A stretch of DNA of 64,000 bases from Bacteroidia bacterium (GTDB taxonomy: Bacteria; Bacteroidota; Bacteroidia; NS11-12g; UBA9320): positions 11,248 to 75,247 of the forward strand of contig JAOKFZ010000001.1 of NCBI GenBank assembly GCA_028247315.1, given 5' to 3'. The translations under genes were made by a program, and so were the position numbers. Below, in pieces: positions 28,624 to 38,357 of the stretch; position 1 is the stretch's first letter; every line of letters begins with the position of its first letter. Below the pieces are notes generated by a model that saw nothing but the letters and a program-made list of their open reading frames with translations, was not told the DNA's origin and searched no databases.

Positions 28624-29310
28624 ATGAAAAATATATTATTATTTATATTGTTAATTTCCTCTCATATTGTTGTAAGTCAGAACCTCATAGAGGTCAGAAC
28701 AGCATCACTCGTAGATGGTGATTACTCACTCCAAGGAGGCGTTTATCTGGAACTATTTGACGATAATTCCCTCAACCTCAGATTTGATACAAATTATTTG
28801 ACTCAGAGTAATGTATTTGATGTACATGTGTTTCTAACAAACAATAATGACTATACACAACCTATTGACACATCTGGCATGTTGCTTGTGGAAAACATAG
28901 GAACTATTCGTGGCATAAATTACTCATCAGGTGCTATGACATTTAACTTACCGTCAGGCGTAGGCATCAATGATTATGACCATATTGTCTTTGTTTGCAT
29001 TCAATTCGGCCAGTTGCATTGGGGAAATGGAGTGTTTGGTGCAACAACTCTAGGTATTATTAAAAACGATTTTGGAAGCAACCTTTTAGTATACCCGAAT
29101 CCAACTGATGGCAATTTATCGATTGACTTGGGAGCCATTTATAAATTTGTAGAGATTAGTTTTTCTGATTTTAGTGGCAAGTTAATTCGTTCAGAATCAT
29201 TTCGTCAAGAACAACTTATTAATATGCCATTAAAGGAACCGTCTGGCTTGTATTTGATGACAATTCAAGCGGATAATAGAAAGGCATTAATAAAATTGAT
29301 AAAAGAATAA
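28624..29310 (+). CDS. DM13-like domain protein with T9SS C-terminal sorting domain
   Basis: Signal peptide. The DGDYSLQGGVYLELFDDNSLNLRF...DVHVFL pattern resembles DM13. C-terminus LLVYPNPTDGNLSIDL...LYLMTIQ is a T9SS CTD. Confidence 0.6.
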   Translation: MKNILLFILLISSHIVVSQNLIEVRTASLVDGDYSLQGGVYLELFDDNSLNLRFDTNYLTQSNVFDVHVFLTNNNDYTQPIDTSGMLLVENIGTIRGINYSSGAMTFNLPSGVGINDYDHIVFVCIQFGQLHWGNGVFGATTLGIIKNDFGSNLLVYPNPTDGNLSIDLGAIYKFVEISFSDFSGKLIRSESFRQEQLINMPLKEPSGLYLMTIQADNRKALIKLIKE

Positions 29311-29393
29311 ACGATTTGCTAATAATGTATTAAACGGCATTATAACGACCGCTTATACTAACCGTCATCCACTATTAAGAACAAACATACATT

Positions 29394-29741
29394 ATGAAAA
29401 AAATCATCCAGACATCCATTATCGCTATCCTTTTATTCACTCTTTTCTCGTTCTCAAGACCAACAGAGTTGGATTTTATTGGAACATATGGCGTTTCTGA
29501 GAATGATCCCGCTAAAATTGAATTGACCTTGAACAAAGACAACACGTTTACCTACCAAGATTTATCAAATTCGTCTAAACAGATAAATATAAGAGGTAAT
29601 TGGGAAGCAAAAAACAACACCATTTTTCTAAAAAATGCTGAATCAGCATTTCCTTTCCATCACAAATGGGAAATAACGCAAAAGGGTGCTATTGCTAAAT
29701 CACGAAAGGGAGTGTCTTTTTATACCCTTCATAAAAACTAA
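29394..29741 (+). CDS. Hypothetical secreted protein (115 aa)
   Basis: Signal-like N-terminus MKKIIQTSIIAILLFTLFSFS. No family recognised. Confidence 0.5.
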   Translation: MKKIIQTSIIAILLFTLFSFSRPTELDFIGTYGVSENDPAKIELTLNKDNTFTYQDLSNSSKQINIRGNWEAKNNTIFLKNAESAFPFHHKWEITQKGAIAKSRKGVSFYTLHKN

Positions 29742-29773
29742 GCTTACAGGCTAGCATATGAACGTGTAAGCTT
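29740..29773. terminator. Hairpin between convergent genes (possible bidirectional terminator)
   Basis: AAGCTTAC (29740-29747) pairs with GTAAGCTT (29766-29773), with an 18-nt loop and no U-tract. Confidence 0.35.
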
Positions 29774-29790
29774 CCCGTGAAGCAGAACTT

Positions 29791-30999
29791 CTACTCCCGC
29801 ACCAGTTTTTCCGTATACACCGTATCTCCTACTTTTATTTTGAGGAGATAGTTGCCCGAGGTATATTCCCGTAAATTTAGGTTCCCTGTGTGCGTAACAG
29901 TCTGCACAGTGAGCAATCTACCTGCAAGATCATATAGTGATGCTACAGCGTCTCCTTTGACCTCTATAGCCATAGAACCTGTAGTAGGATTAGGACCAAA
30001 AGTATACGGCTTGCTTACCGCTTGCTCAGCGATATCTGCCGTCTCACTACAGATCATATCGTACATGAACAAGGCACTCATATCTACTACTTCTACAGCT
30101 TTCTCTGCATTGAGGAAATAGCTTACGTGCGTATTACCTTCTATCGTATTGAGTACGCTGAATACACCAATTTCCGTAGCTGCACTGTCCATAACAAAAC
30201 TTCCATCGAGATAGATTATGTTTTGCCCAAAAATCTGAGCATAGCCTCCTTTGTACGGCACTGTAGGATCTTCATTATCGTGAAAACTGATAAACGGTGG
30301 GTCTCCAGCATCTAACCAAGACACATCATGCAAAGCACCGCTGTAGTTAAGCACGCCACGTATCTTGATACTTGTATCGGTATCTGTAATGCCATAGATA
30401 GGTGCGTGCATGGCTATAGCACTCGCTATCTCTGGGCTATATACATCTGTAGAATCGAGCATAGCAGCATGAATGGCTGCTAAACCTCCAGAGGATATAC
30501 CTCCCACATATAGCCAATTCATATCTATACCATAAGTGTTGCTTGCCTTTGCATCATCATCCAAAAAACGCAATGCGGACTTCATATCTTTGATAGCACG
30601 TACCACTACATCCTGCATTTCTTCCTTAGTAGGTATAGGAATAAGCGGTAAGTCGTAGATTCTATAGTCTATAGTCACTGCCACATATCCTTTTTTGGCA
30701 AACATCTCACAAATGGGAGCAATCTCACTTCTGCTGCCGCTCACAAAACTGCCACCAAAACCCAAAACAACTACGGGTCTGTTGTTTGCGGCATCACCCG
30801 CTGGTTCGTATACATCCATAAAGAGTTCCTGCTCATTTCCGGCTATGGTTGTTTCCTCAGCAAACTTTATCCCTTTAGTTGCTTTTGTATTCTCAAAAAC
30901 ATCTAATCTATACCGCTGTGTGTTGCACGTAGGGTGGTCTTGAGCAAGTAGGCCTATTGTAATAAACAATAAAATGAGGCTTAATTTATATTTAGTCAT
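29791..30999 (-). CDS. Alpha/beta-hydrolase (carboxylesterase-like) with T9SS C-terminal sorting domain
   Basis: Oxyanion region VVVLGFGGSF, nucleophile elbow GGISSGG, C-terminal GPNPTTGSMAIEV...YLLKIKV. Confidence 0.75.
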   Translation of the reverse strand: MTKYKLSLILLFITIGLLAQDHPTCNTQRYRLDVFENTKATKGIKFAEETTIAGNEQELFMDVYEPAGDAANNRPVVVLGFGGSFVSGSRSEIAPICEMFAKKGYVAVTIDYRIYDLPLIPIPTKEEMQDVVVRAIKDMKSALRFLDDDAKASNTYGIDMNWLYVGGISSGGLAAIHAAMLDSTDVYSPEIASAIAMHAPIYGITDTDTSIKIRGVLNYSGALHDVSWLDAGDPPFISFHDNEDPTVPYKGGYAQIFGQNIIYLDGSFVMDSAATEIGVFSVLNTIEGNTHVSYFLNAEKAVEVVDMSALFMYDMICSETADIAEQAVSKPYTFGPNPTTGSMAIEVKGDAVASLYDLAGRLLTVQTVTHTGNLNLREYTSGNYLLKIKVGDTVYTEKLVRE

Positions 31000-31099
31000 A
31001 AATCAAATATAGGTCATACACTTGGGTTTTAGGGTATTGGCCTAGAGGCTATTCGACCAAATACGCATATTCCATTATATTGCAGTCATTATCTTTGAT

Positions 31100-32002
31100 A
31101 TGCTCCACAGAATCTGCACCATTGTAATCCTACTATGTGCTCTAGGCACTAGTGCTCAGACATATAGAAGCATAAACTGGTCTGGAAACGTATACCTGGG
31201 AGCGAGCAACATGATGGGTGATTTAGGTGGAAGCCGCTTTATTGGTAGCCGCGGTATATTTGATTACAACTTTCGAGCAAACAGACTTGCCGGTGGATTA
31301 GGCCTCAATTTGCATACCTCAGGCAGCTTTAGTTTTGGGCTTAATTTCTTAGCTACTCGCTTGTACGGTAACGATGCTTTTTCTAAACTAGCATTTCAAT
31401 CTCAACGCAACTTAAGTGTGCGTACCGATTTGCTAGAAGCAGATTTACTCATAGAATATCGTCCATTTAGCCGCAGCAAGGGGTTCAATAGATTCTACAT
31501 CTACAGTGGTGTCGGGGGAATGTACTACCAACCCAAAGCCAAGTTCAATGGCGAGTGGTACAAGCTAAGAGAACTTGGTACAGAAGGCCAATATTTGACC
31601 AATGGGGGCGGTCCTTATTCAGAACTAGACCTTGTTATACCCTACGGTTTGGGATATAAATTCAGATTAACAAAGAGTACTTCGCTCGTACTCGATTTGG
31701 GTTTTAGAAAAACATTTACCGATTACTTGGACGATGTGAGCACCGTATATGCAGACCCTACAGAACTCCTGCTGAGCAGTAATACACCACCTCCTGCAGT
31801 AGAATTAGCAGATAGAAGTGTGAATGGAATGACTACAGGTACAATGCGTGGTAATCCAGACAAGAACGATAGCTACCACATATTCTCTATAAAATTTGAA
31901 TACATCATTGGTGGCAAGAGTGGCGATGGGTGCTACTACAATAGGAACCCACCGAAAACCAGAAGCACACGCATAAACCAGCGTAAGATGTTTACGAAAT
32001 AG
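31100..32002 (+). CDS. Outer-membrane beta-barrel protein (DUF6089-like)
   Basis: Signal peptide, alternating amphipathic beta-strand pattern, aromatic-rich strands. Family assignment is tentative. Confidence 0.5.
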   Translation: MLHRICTIVILLCALGTSAQTYRSINWSGNVYLGASNMMGDLGGSRFIGSRGIFDYNFRANRLAGGLGLNLHTSGSFSFGLNFLATRLYGNDAFSKLAFQSQRNLSVRTDLLEADLLIEYRPFSRSKGFNRFYIYSGVGGMYYQPKAKFNGEWYKLRELGTEGQYLTNGGGPYSELDLVIPYGLGYKFRLTKSTSLVLDLGFRKTFTDYLDDVSTVYADPTELLLSSNTPPPAVELADRSVNGMTTGTMRGNPDKNDSYHIFSIKFEYIIGGKSGDGCYYNRNPPKTRSTRINQRKMFTK

Positions 32003-32005
32003 TCC

Positions 32006-32575
32006 ATGAATAGGCTTATTGAAGACATAACAAATTGCACCATCTGTAAGGACTTACCATTAGGTCCTCGTCCTGTTATTTCCGTTTCCCAAAAATCAAA
32101 AATTGTTGTAATCGGGCAAGCACCTGGCACTAAGGTACATGCGAGCGGGATTCCATGGGATGACCAAAGCGGCAAAAATCTGAGAGAATGGATGGGCGTA
32201 GATGAACAAACATTCTATAACCCAGACATATTCGCAATTGTTCCTATGGGGTTTTGCTACCCCGGCAAAGGAAAGAGTGGCGACTTACCGCCTCGCAAAG
32301 AGTGTGTACACTTATGGCACAAACCGCTGTTTGATCGTCTACCAGAGATAGAGCTCACACTACTCATTGGTAAATATGCTCAAGACTATTACCTTGCGCA
32401 CCACAAAGCGAAAAACCTAACGGAGACCGTAAAAAATTACAAGACATATTTACCCCATCACTTTGTACTCCCTCATCCTTCCCCACGCAATAATATATGG
32501 CAGGCCAAGAATGAATGGTTTAAACATGAGGTACTTCCTGAACTCAAAATACACGTTGGCAGTTTATTGCCTTAG
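32006..32575 (+). CDS. Uracil-DNA glycosylase superfamily protein
   Basis: VVIGQAPG motif, SGIPWDDQSGKNLREW, and the C-terminal HPSPRN motif. Confidence 0.7.
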   Translation: MNRLIEDITNCTICKDLPLGPRPVISVSQKSKIVVIGQAPGTKVHASGIPWDDQSGKNLREWMGVDEQTFYNPDIFAIVPMGFCYPGKGKSGDLPPRKECVHLWHKPLFDRLPEIELTLLIGKYAQDYYLAHHKAKNLTETVKNYKTYLPHHFVLPHPSPRNNIWQAKNEWFKHEVLPELKIHVGSLLP

Positions 32576-32816
32576 AAACAGATAGTCGTCCCAGTTTATT
32601 TTGGGTCAAGAATGCTAACTTTAGCAGTAGGCTAGTGACACACGAAATTGATCTACTGGGGCTCAATAGTGCACTATATAACTCGTTTGCAACCATTTAT
32701 ACGATAATCTATTAAACTAATAACTCATTTACGGATACGTAATTACCCATGCGGTTCCTGTTCCCTCAAATACCATTGGGCGGTCTACTATTAAAATAAC
32801 AGTAAGACAACAGTGA

Positions 32817-33425
32817 CTAGCCACTAAACTCATTCATGGCTCCGTTGAGTCCTTTTATTATCCAAGACTCTATGGATTTACAGGCTCGGTCTTTTTGAAG
32901 AGCTACCTCTATTTCTTCATTCTTGTCCCACTGGCCAAGGACAAACTCTACTTGTCGTCCCTTGGGGAAATTACCTCCTGCACCAAATCGAATGCGGTCA
33001 TACTTATCACTGCCAAGTTCTGCTTGTATATCTTTAAGGCCATTATGACCTCCCGGACTACCCTTGCCACGTATGCGTAGCTTGCCTACGTCTATGGCAA
33101 TATCATCGGTTATTACCAGTACGTTTTTAGGATGAATGCGTTCTGCACTCATCCAGTGCTTTACCGCTTTCCCACTCAAATTCATAAAGGTGGTAGGTTT
33201 TATAGCTACAATTTGCTTCCCTCGAAATTTAAACTTGGTTACATTGGCCAATCGGCCTGTATCCCACGCTGCATCGTGCTCTTTCACCCATTGATCTAAC
33301 ACGTCAAACCCTATGTTGTGCCGGGTATTATTGTACTCTGGGCCTATGTTCCCTAATCCTACTATTAAAAATTTCATTGGGTCTGCTTCCTTCTTCTTAA
33401 ACAATCTTACAATCCGCTCTAGCAT
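32817..33425 (-). CDS. pth: Peptidyl-tRNA hydrolase
   Basis: KFLIVGLGNIGPEYNNTRHNIGF, DDIAIDVGKLRIRGKGSPGGHNGLK. The conserved core starts at the internal ATG 33377, so the 16-aa N-terminal extension is uncertain. Confidence 0.9.
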   Translation of the reverse strand: MLERIVRLFKKKEADPMKFLIVGLGNIGPEYNNTRHNIGFDVLDQWVKEHDAAWDTGRLANVTKFKFRGKQIVAIKPTTFMNLSGKAVKHWMSAERIHPKNVLVITDDIAIDVGKLRIRGKGSPGGHNGLKDIQAELGSDKYDRIRFGAGGNFPKGRQVEFVLGQWDKNEEIEVALQKDRACKSIESWIIKGLNGAMNEFSG

Positions 33426-33426
33426 A

Positions 33427-34641
33427 CTAATTGATATTGCTTACAGGTGTTTTACTTGCTTTATATGCGGGAAATACTGAGATGAGGTAACCCAAGACAC
33501 TTACCGTGACAAAGGTGAGTACAATATCCTTGAAGAGCAATTTTACCGGATAATCCTCTACAATAGCATTCTGTATATTGAGCCAACCAAAATACTGTTG
33601 AGACAATACAACGGCTATAGCTAACAAAACACCAACAGCACCTCCAATAATAGCAATATAGCTTCCTTGCCACATGAATACCTTGCGTATTACATTTTCT
33701 TCGGCCCCCATACTTTTCAGAATACCGATATCTTTCTTTTTGTCTAAGACCAACATTATGAGTGAGCCAAATATATTGAAAGAGGAGATCATCAGCACCA
33801 AAACCAATACAGCAAAGGTGAACCACTTTTCACTACTAAATATCTTATAAATCAACTCATTGAGTTCTCTTCTGGTCTTTACCTCCCATCCGTAACCAAG
33901 GGCAACTTCTAAGTCTTCTTTTACTTGTTCAGCATTTTTTTCATTATCCAAAGCTATATCTAGTGAACTAATAGAATTGGGATAAGAAAGTAAATCTTGT
34001 GCGAAGTCTAAGGATGTAATAAAGATTTCATTATCTACTTCCTCATGAACCAAAAATATGCCGCTAGCCCGGAGATATTTTGTGCTGAGAGATGCCATAG
34101 GGTTGAGTGAGCTAAATTCTACATCTCGACGTGGCACAAATACCGTAACTAAATCTGGGCTTCCTGGGAATAAATTCAGCTTATGGCTCAACCCACCCCC
34201 AAAAACACCAAAGTATCGGGATGAGTCTCCCAAATTGAAATCTCCAAGGACCACTAGTGAATCAAATTTTTCACGATCAATGGCGTTGTCTACTCCACGT
34301 ATTTTTGCAATCTCTTGATGGTCGTTGTATTTTATTACTACTTTCTCTTCCAGCGACTGAGATATGCTTTTTACATCATTGACGGCCGTTATTTTCCCAT
34401 TTAGATCATCTGTATAGATGAACGTCTTGCGTCCCTTAGCCGTTATTTTTATTTCTGGATCGTAATTGTTGAGCATCCCTTCGACCAACTCCTCAAAACC
34501 GTTGAAGGTTGAAAGCACAACTATCATAGCAAAAGCTCCTACACCAAAACCAAGCATAGCAATACCCGTAATAATATTAATTGCGTTGATTTTTTTCTTG
34601 GAAAAAAGGTAACGATATGCTATAAAGAGTGGAAGTCTCAC
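33427..34641 (-). CDS. FtsX-like ABC transporter permease (LolC/E family)
   Basis: MacB-like periplasmic domain between TM1 and TM2. C-terminal FtsX domain with DIGILKSMGA. Confidence 0.8.
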   Translation of the reverse strand: MRLPLFIAYRYLFSKKKINAINIITGIAMLGFGVGAFAMIVVLSTFNGFEELVEGMLNNYDPEIKITAKGRKTFIYTDDLNGKITAVNDVKSISQSLEEKVVIKYNDHQEIAKIRGVDNAIDREKFDSLVVLGDFNLGDSSRYFGVFGGGLSHKLNLFPGSPDLVTVFVPRRDVEFSSLNPMASLSTKYLRASGIFLVHEEVDNEIFITSLDFAQDLLSYPNSISSLDIALDNEKNAEQVKEDLEVALGYGWEVKTRRELNELIYKIFSSEKWFTFAVLVLVLMISSFNIFGSLIMLVLDKKKDIGILKSMGAEENVIRKVFMWQGSYIAIIGGAVGVLLAIAVVLSQQYFGWLNIQNAIVEDYPVKLLFKDIVLTFVTVSVLGYLISVFPAYKASKTPVSNIN

Positions 34642-34650
34642 TCTCGCACT

Positions 34651-34989
34651 TTACAGTTTATCAAGAAGACTATTGATCCGCTCAGCATGATCAATGGTCT
34701 CATCTAAGTAGAAATTTAACTCAGGTATCTTACGAATACGCTTGCCTATTACTTGGGCTAATTCTTGGCGAATCTGCTTATTCTTAGACTCAATAGTTTT
34801 AAGACTTTTTCCTTTGTCTTTACTATTGAGAATACTGATGTATACTTTAGCTAAACCAAGATCTGCTGTTGCTTTCACCTCTATCACGGTGACCAGTTGC
34901 CCAGGCAATATGCGTTGACAAACACGGGACAATAGAGGTGCTATATCTCTTTGAATAGACCTTGATATTTTTTCTGTACGTAAACTCAC
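34651..34989 (-). CDS. rbfA: Ribosome-binding factor A
   Basis: RTEKISRSIQRDIAPLL...VTVIEVKATADLGLAKVYIS and IPELNFYLDETI. Confidence 0.9.
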   Translation of the reverse strand: MSLRTEKISRSIQRDIAPLLSRVCQRILPGQLVTVIEVKATADLGLAKVYISILNSKDKGKSLKTIESKNKQIRQELAQVIGKRIRKIPELNFYLDETIDHAERINSLLDKL

Positions 34990-35912
34990 TATCTCAATGT
35001 AAACTCCGCTGAACCCATTTTATGCTCTTCACTAAATACGTTCACGACGTACTTCCCTTGGTTCATACCTTCCGTTTTCGGGACAGATAAGCTTCCTTTT
35101 TCATTGCTATTCTGAAAGTTAATTACCTTTCTAACAGAATACTGTCTTTTCCCACCATCGAAGTTGCCAATACCAGAACCAGCCTTTTTGTTGACCAATA
35201 CCGCTCCTCCTGGTTTTACTATTTGAAAATAAAGCATCTTCTCTCCTTTATCGGCAAGATCATTATTTGCCAACGTATATGTGATGTCTATTTTATTCAA
35301 CTTGCTAACCTTATCCGTGGTTTTAAAATCCCCAAACAGTGCATCTCTAAGTGGCTTCACTTCTAACCCTTTTAAGAATATACGCGATCCTACTTCTACT
35401 TGCTTAGCAAGGTCTGTATTGACCACTACCATTTCAGCTACTTTTTCTTTTTCAAGATCTACTTGCTGTTGTAATACATATTTTTCATCTCTCAGGTATC
35501 TATTCTCGTTGCTTAGCCTTTCTATCTCAGATTCTAAAGTCGCTACTTGTGCTTTGAGCCCACTAAGTTCTTTTTTCGCCTTTGCCAGTTGAGCCTTAGT
35601 TAGATTCCCACTACTTAAGCTTCTGCGTAACTGTGCTACCTTACCTTGTATGGCGGCATCTCTTACTTGTATTATACTATCTAGCTCGGCATTCTTCCCT
35701 GCTTTTTCCGCTAAGTTTAGTCGCAATTCGTCTTCTACTTCTTTCAGCTCATCCAGTTCTGCTGTAGTATCTACGAGTTCTGTTTCTGTAATTTTTAGCT
35801 TGTTATTTTTATTTACCAATTGGTAAATAAGCCCTGCGTTTATTAACAATAAGGCGAATATCATTAAGAATAATAATCGCTTGCTTTTTTTATCTTCTGT
35901 TCCTCCGCTCAT
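34989..35912 (-). CDS. Membrane-anchored coiled-coil protein with C-terminal beta-rich domain, unknown function
   Basis: An N-terminal TM (LLFLMIFALLLINAGLIYQLV), about 140 aa of heptad-like Glu/Lys/Leu-rich sequence, then a roughly 140-aa globular C-terminus. The stop overlaps the rbfA ATG by 1 nt. Confidence 0.6.
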   Translation of the reverse strand: MSGGTEDKKSKRLLFLMIFALLLINAGLIYQLVNKNNKLKITETELVDTTAELDELKEVEDELRLNLAEKAGKNAELDSIIQVRDAAIQGKVAQLRRSLSSGNLTKAQLAKAKKELSGLKAQVATLESEIERLSNENRYLRDEKYVLQQQVDLEKEKVAEMVVVNTDLAKQVEVGSRIFLKGLEVKPLRDALFGDFKTTDKVSKLNKIDITYTLANNDLADKGEKMLYFQIVKPGGAVLVNKKAGSGIGNFDGGKRQYSVRKVINFQNSNEKGSLSVPKTEGMNQGKYVVNVFSEEHKMGSAEFTLR

Positions 35913-36016
35913 AATTTATATTTTTTATTTGTGTTGGTAAAAATCTGAGAGCAGCGATTCTTTGTTAGAATCACTACCTCTTCTAAAAATTCATATTATC
36001 TATATACTGAACGCAA

Positions 36017-38293
36017 CTAAGCATTTTGTAATTTTATTAGGTTTAAGGCACTTCCTGCTTCATACCATGCAACCTGTGCTTCGTTGTACGTATGGTTTAC
36101 ATCAAAGGTGTCGGTACTCCCATCTGCATGGTTTAATCTTATTTGCAACGGCTTACCTGGAGTAAAATTGTCTAACCCGAGGATGTCTATTGTATCGTGT
36201 TCCAGTATCTTGTCGTAGTCTGCTGTATCCGCAAACGTGAGGCCTAGCATTCCTTGTTTCTTAAGATTCGTCTCATGAATACGGGCAAAAGACTTGACTA
36301 CTACAGCCATCACGCCCAGATGACGCGGCTCCATAGCCGCATGCTCTCTACTACTTCCCTCACCATAGTTTTCTTCTCCAAAAACAATGGAGCTGTCTCC
36401 ACTAGCTTTTATAGCTCTAGCTACTTTAGGTACTCCATCATACTGCTCTGTATATGGATTCCTTACGGTATCTGTTTTCTCATTGAATGCATTTACAGCA
36501 CCTATCAGACAGTTGTTTGATATGTTATCCAAATGGCCTCTGTAGGTTAGCCAAGGTCCGGCCATACTGATATGATCGGTAGTACATTTCCCTGCTGTCT
36601 TTATGAGCAGTCTTAGACCCACCAGATTCCCTCCTGAATTCGGCGTAAATGGCGTAAGCAATTGCAATCTTTTAGATTCTGGGCTTACTACCACGCTCAC
36701 TCCGCTTCCATCTTCTTCAGGAGCAAGGTATCCGTTATCTTCTACACCAAAACCAGCGGGAGGCAATTCGTATCCTGTAGGCTCATCTAGCATTACTTCC
36801 TCACCATTATCGTTTATAAGTGTATCTGTTACTGGATTAAAATCGAGTCTACCCGAAAGTGCAATTGCTGCAACTATCTCTGGAGAAGCTACGAACGCAT
36901 GCGTGTTTGGATTCCCGTCTGCTCGTTTGCTGAAGTTTCTGTTGAAGGAGTGAATAATGCTATTTTTTGGTGCATTTTTGGGATCGGAGTATCTAGCCCA
37001 TTGACCTATACATGGACCACATGCATTGGTAAAAATAGTGGCGTCTAAATCCTCAAAAATCCCTAGAAGACCATCTCTAGCTGCAGTATATCTTACCGTC
37101 TCAGACCCTGGATTAATTCCCAACTGAGCCTTCATTTTAATTCCTTTATCTACTGCTTGCTTGGCTATAGAAGCAGCTCTACTCAAATCTTCATACGAAG
37201 AGTTGGTACATGAACCAATAAGTCCCCACTCTACGTCAAGTGGCCATCCATTGGCTTCTGCTTTTTCTTTCATTTCGCCCACTTTGGTATCCAAATCTGG
37301 CGTGAAAGGTCCATTCACATGAGGCTTTAGCTCGTCTAAATTTATCTCTATAAGTTGGTCAAAGTACTGCTCAGGGTTTGCATAAACCTCATCATCTCCT
37401 GTAAGGTGAGATGCAACATCATTCGCTAAGTCAGCAACTTCTGCTCTGCCAGTAGCCCTCAGGTAACGCTCCATACTCTCATCATACCCAAAAGTAGAAG
37501 TTGTGGCACCTATCTCGGCACCCATATTACAAATAGTGCCTTTACCCGTACAGCTCATAGACTTAGCTCCTTCTCCAAAGTATTCCACAATAGCTCCTGT
37601 GCCTCCTTTAGCAGTAAGAATACCTGCTACTTTTAGAATTACATCTTTTGGTGCAGACCAACCGCTAAGTTTTCCCGTAAGCTTTACACCTATTAGTTTC
37701 GGAAACTTAAGTTCCCAAGGCATTCCTGCCATTACATCTACAGCATCCGCTCCACCTACACCAATAGCAACCATTCCCAATCCACCAGCATTCACGGTGT
37801 GTGAGTCTGTACCTATCATCATTCCACCTGGAAATGCATAGTTTTCTAAAACTACTTGATGGATGATACCCGCTCCTGGTTTCCAAAAACCAATACCGTA
37901 TTTATTAGAAACAGACTCCAAGAAGTTGAACACCTCATTTGATGTATTTATTGCATTTTGCAAATCTTCATCAGCTCCTATTTTTGCTTGTATAAGGTGA
38001 TCACAATGCACAGTAGTGGGCACAGCCACCTGTGGTTTTCCTGCTTGCATAAATTGAAGAAGAGCCATTTGAGCAGTAGCATCTTGACAAGCAATTCTGT
38101 CTGGTGCAAAATCTACATAGTCTTCCCCACGACCATAAACCTGAGTAGCGTTCCCATCCCAAAGGTGAGAGTACAATATCTTTTCAGCAAGTGTGAGTGG
38201 TTTTCCTACCACTTCTCTTGCTGCTTTCACCTTGTTTTCAAGGTTTTGGTATGTTTTTTTGATTAAATTGAGATCAAATACGGCTTGTGACAT
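36017..38293 (-). CDS. acn: Aconitate hydratase (about 755-aa mitochondrial-type/AcnA-related)
   Basis: [19 protein letters not shown], cluster ligands GSCTNSS and [10 protein letters not shown], and the swivel domain with [10 protein letters not shown]. Confidence 0.95.
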   Translation of the reverse strand: MSQAVFDLNLIKKTYQNLENKVKAAREVVGKPLTLAEKILYSHLWDGNATQVYGRGEDYVDFAPDRIACQDATAQMALLQFMQAGKPQVAVPTTVHCDHLIQAKIGADEDLQNAINTSNEVFNFLESVSNKYGIGFWKPGAGIIHQVVLENYAFPGGMMIGTDSHTVNAGGLGMVAIGVGGADAVDVMAGMPWELKFPKLIGVKLTGKLSGWSAPKDVILKVAGILTAKGGTGAIVEYFGEGAKSMSCTGKGTICNMGAEIGATTSTFGYDESMERYLRATGRAEVADLANDVASHLTGDDEVYANPEQYFDQLIEINLDELKPHVNGPFTPDLDTKVGEMKEKAEANGWPLDVEWGLIGSCTNSSYEDLSRAASIAKQAVDKGIKMKAQLGINPGSETVRYTAARDGLLGIFEDLDATIFTNACGPCIGQWARYSDPKNAPKNSIIHSFNRNFSKRADGNPNTHAFVASPEIVAAIALSGRLDFNPVTDTLINDNGEEVMLDEPTGYELPPAGFGVEDNGYLAPEEDGSGVSVVVSPESKRLQLLTPFTPNSGGNLVGLRLLIKTAGKCTTDHISMAGPWLTYRGHLDNISNNCLIGAVNAFNEKTDTVRNPYTEQYDGVPKVARAIKASGDSSIVFGEENYGEGSSREHAAMEPRHLGVMAVVVKSFARIHETNLKKQGMLGLTFADTADYDKILEHDTIDILGLDNFTPGKPLQIRLNHADGSTDTFDVNHTYNEAQVAWYEAGSALNLIKLQNA

Positions 38294-38357
38294 ATAGGAG
38301 GCAAAGATAATCTAAACAAGCCTATTTGCCTAATGCCTAAAAGAGCTTTTTTGACGC

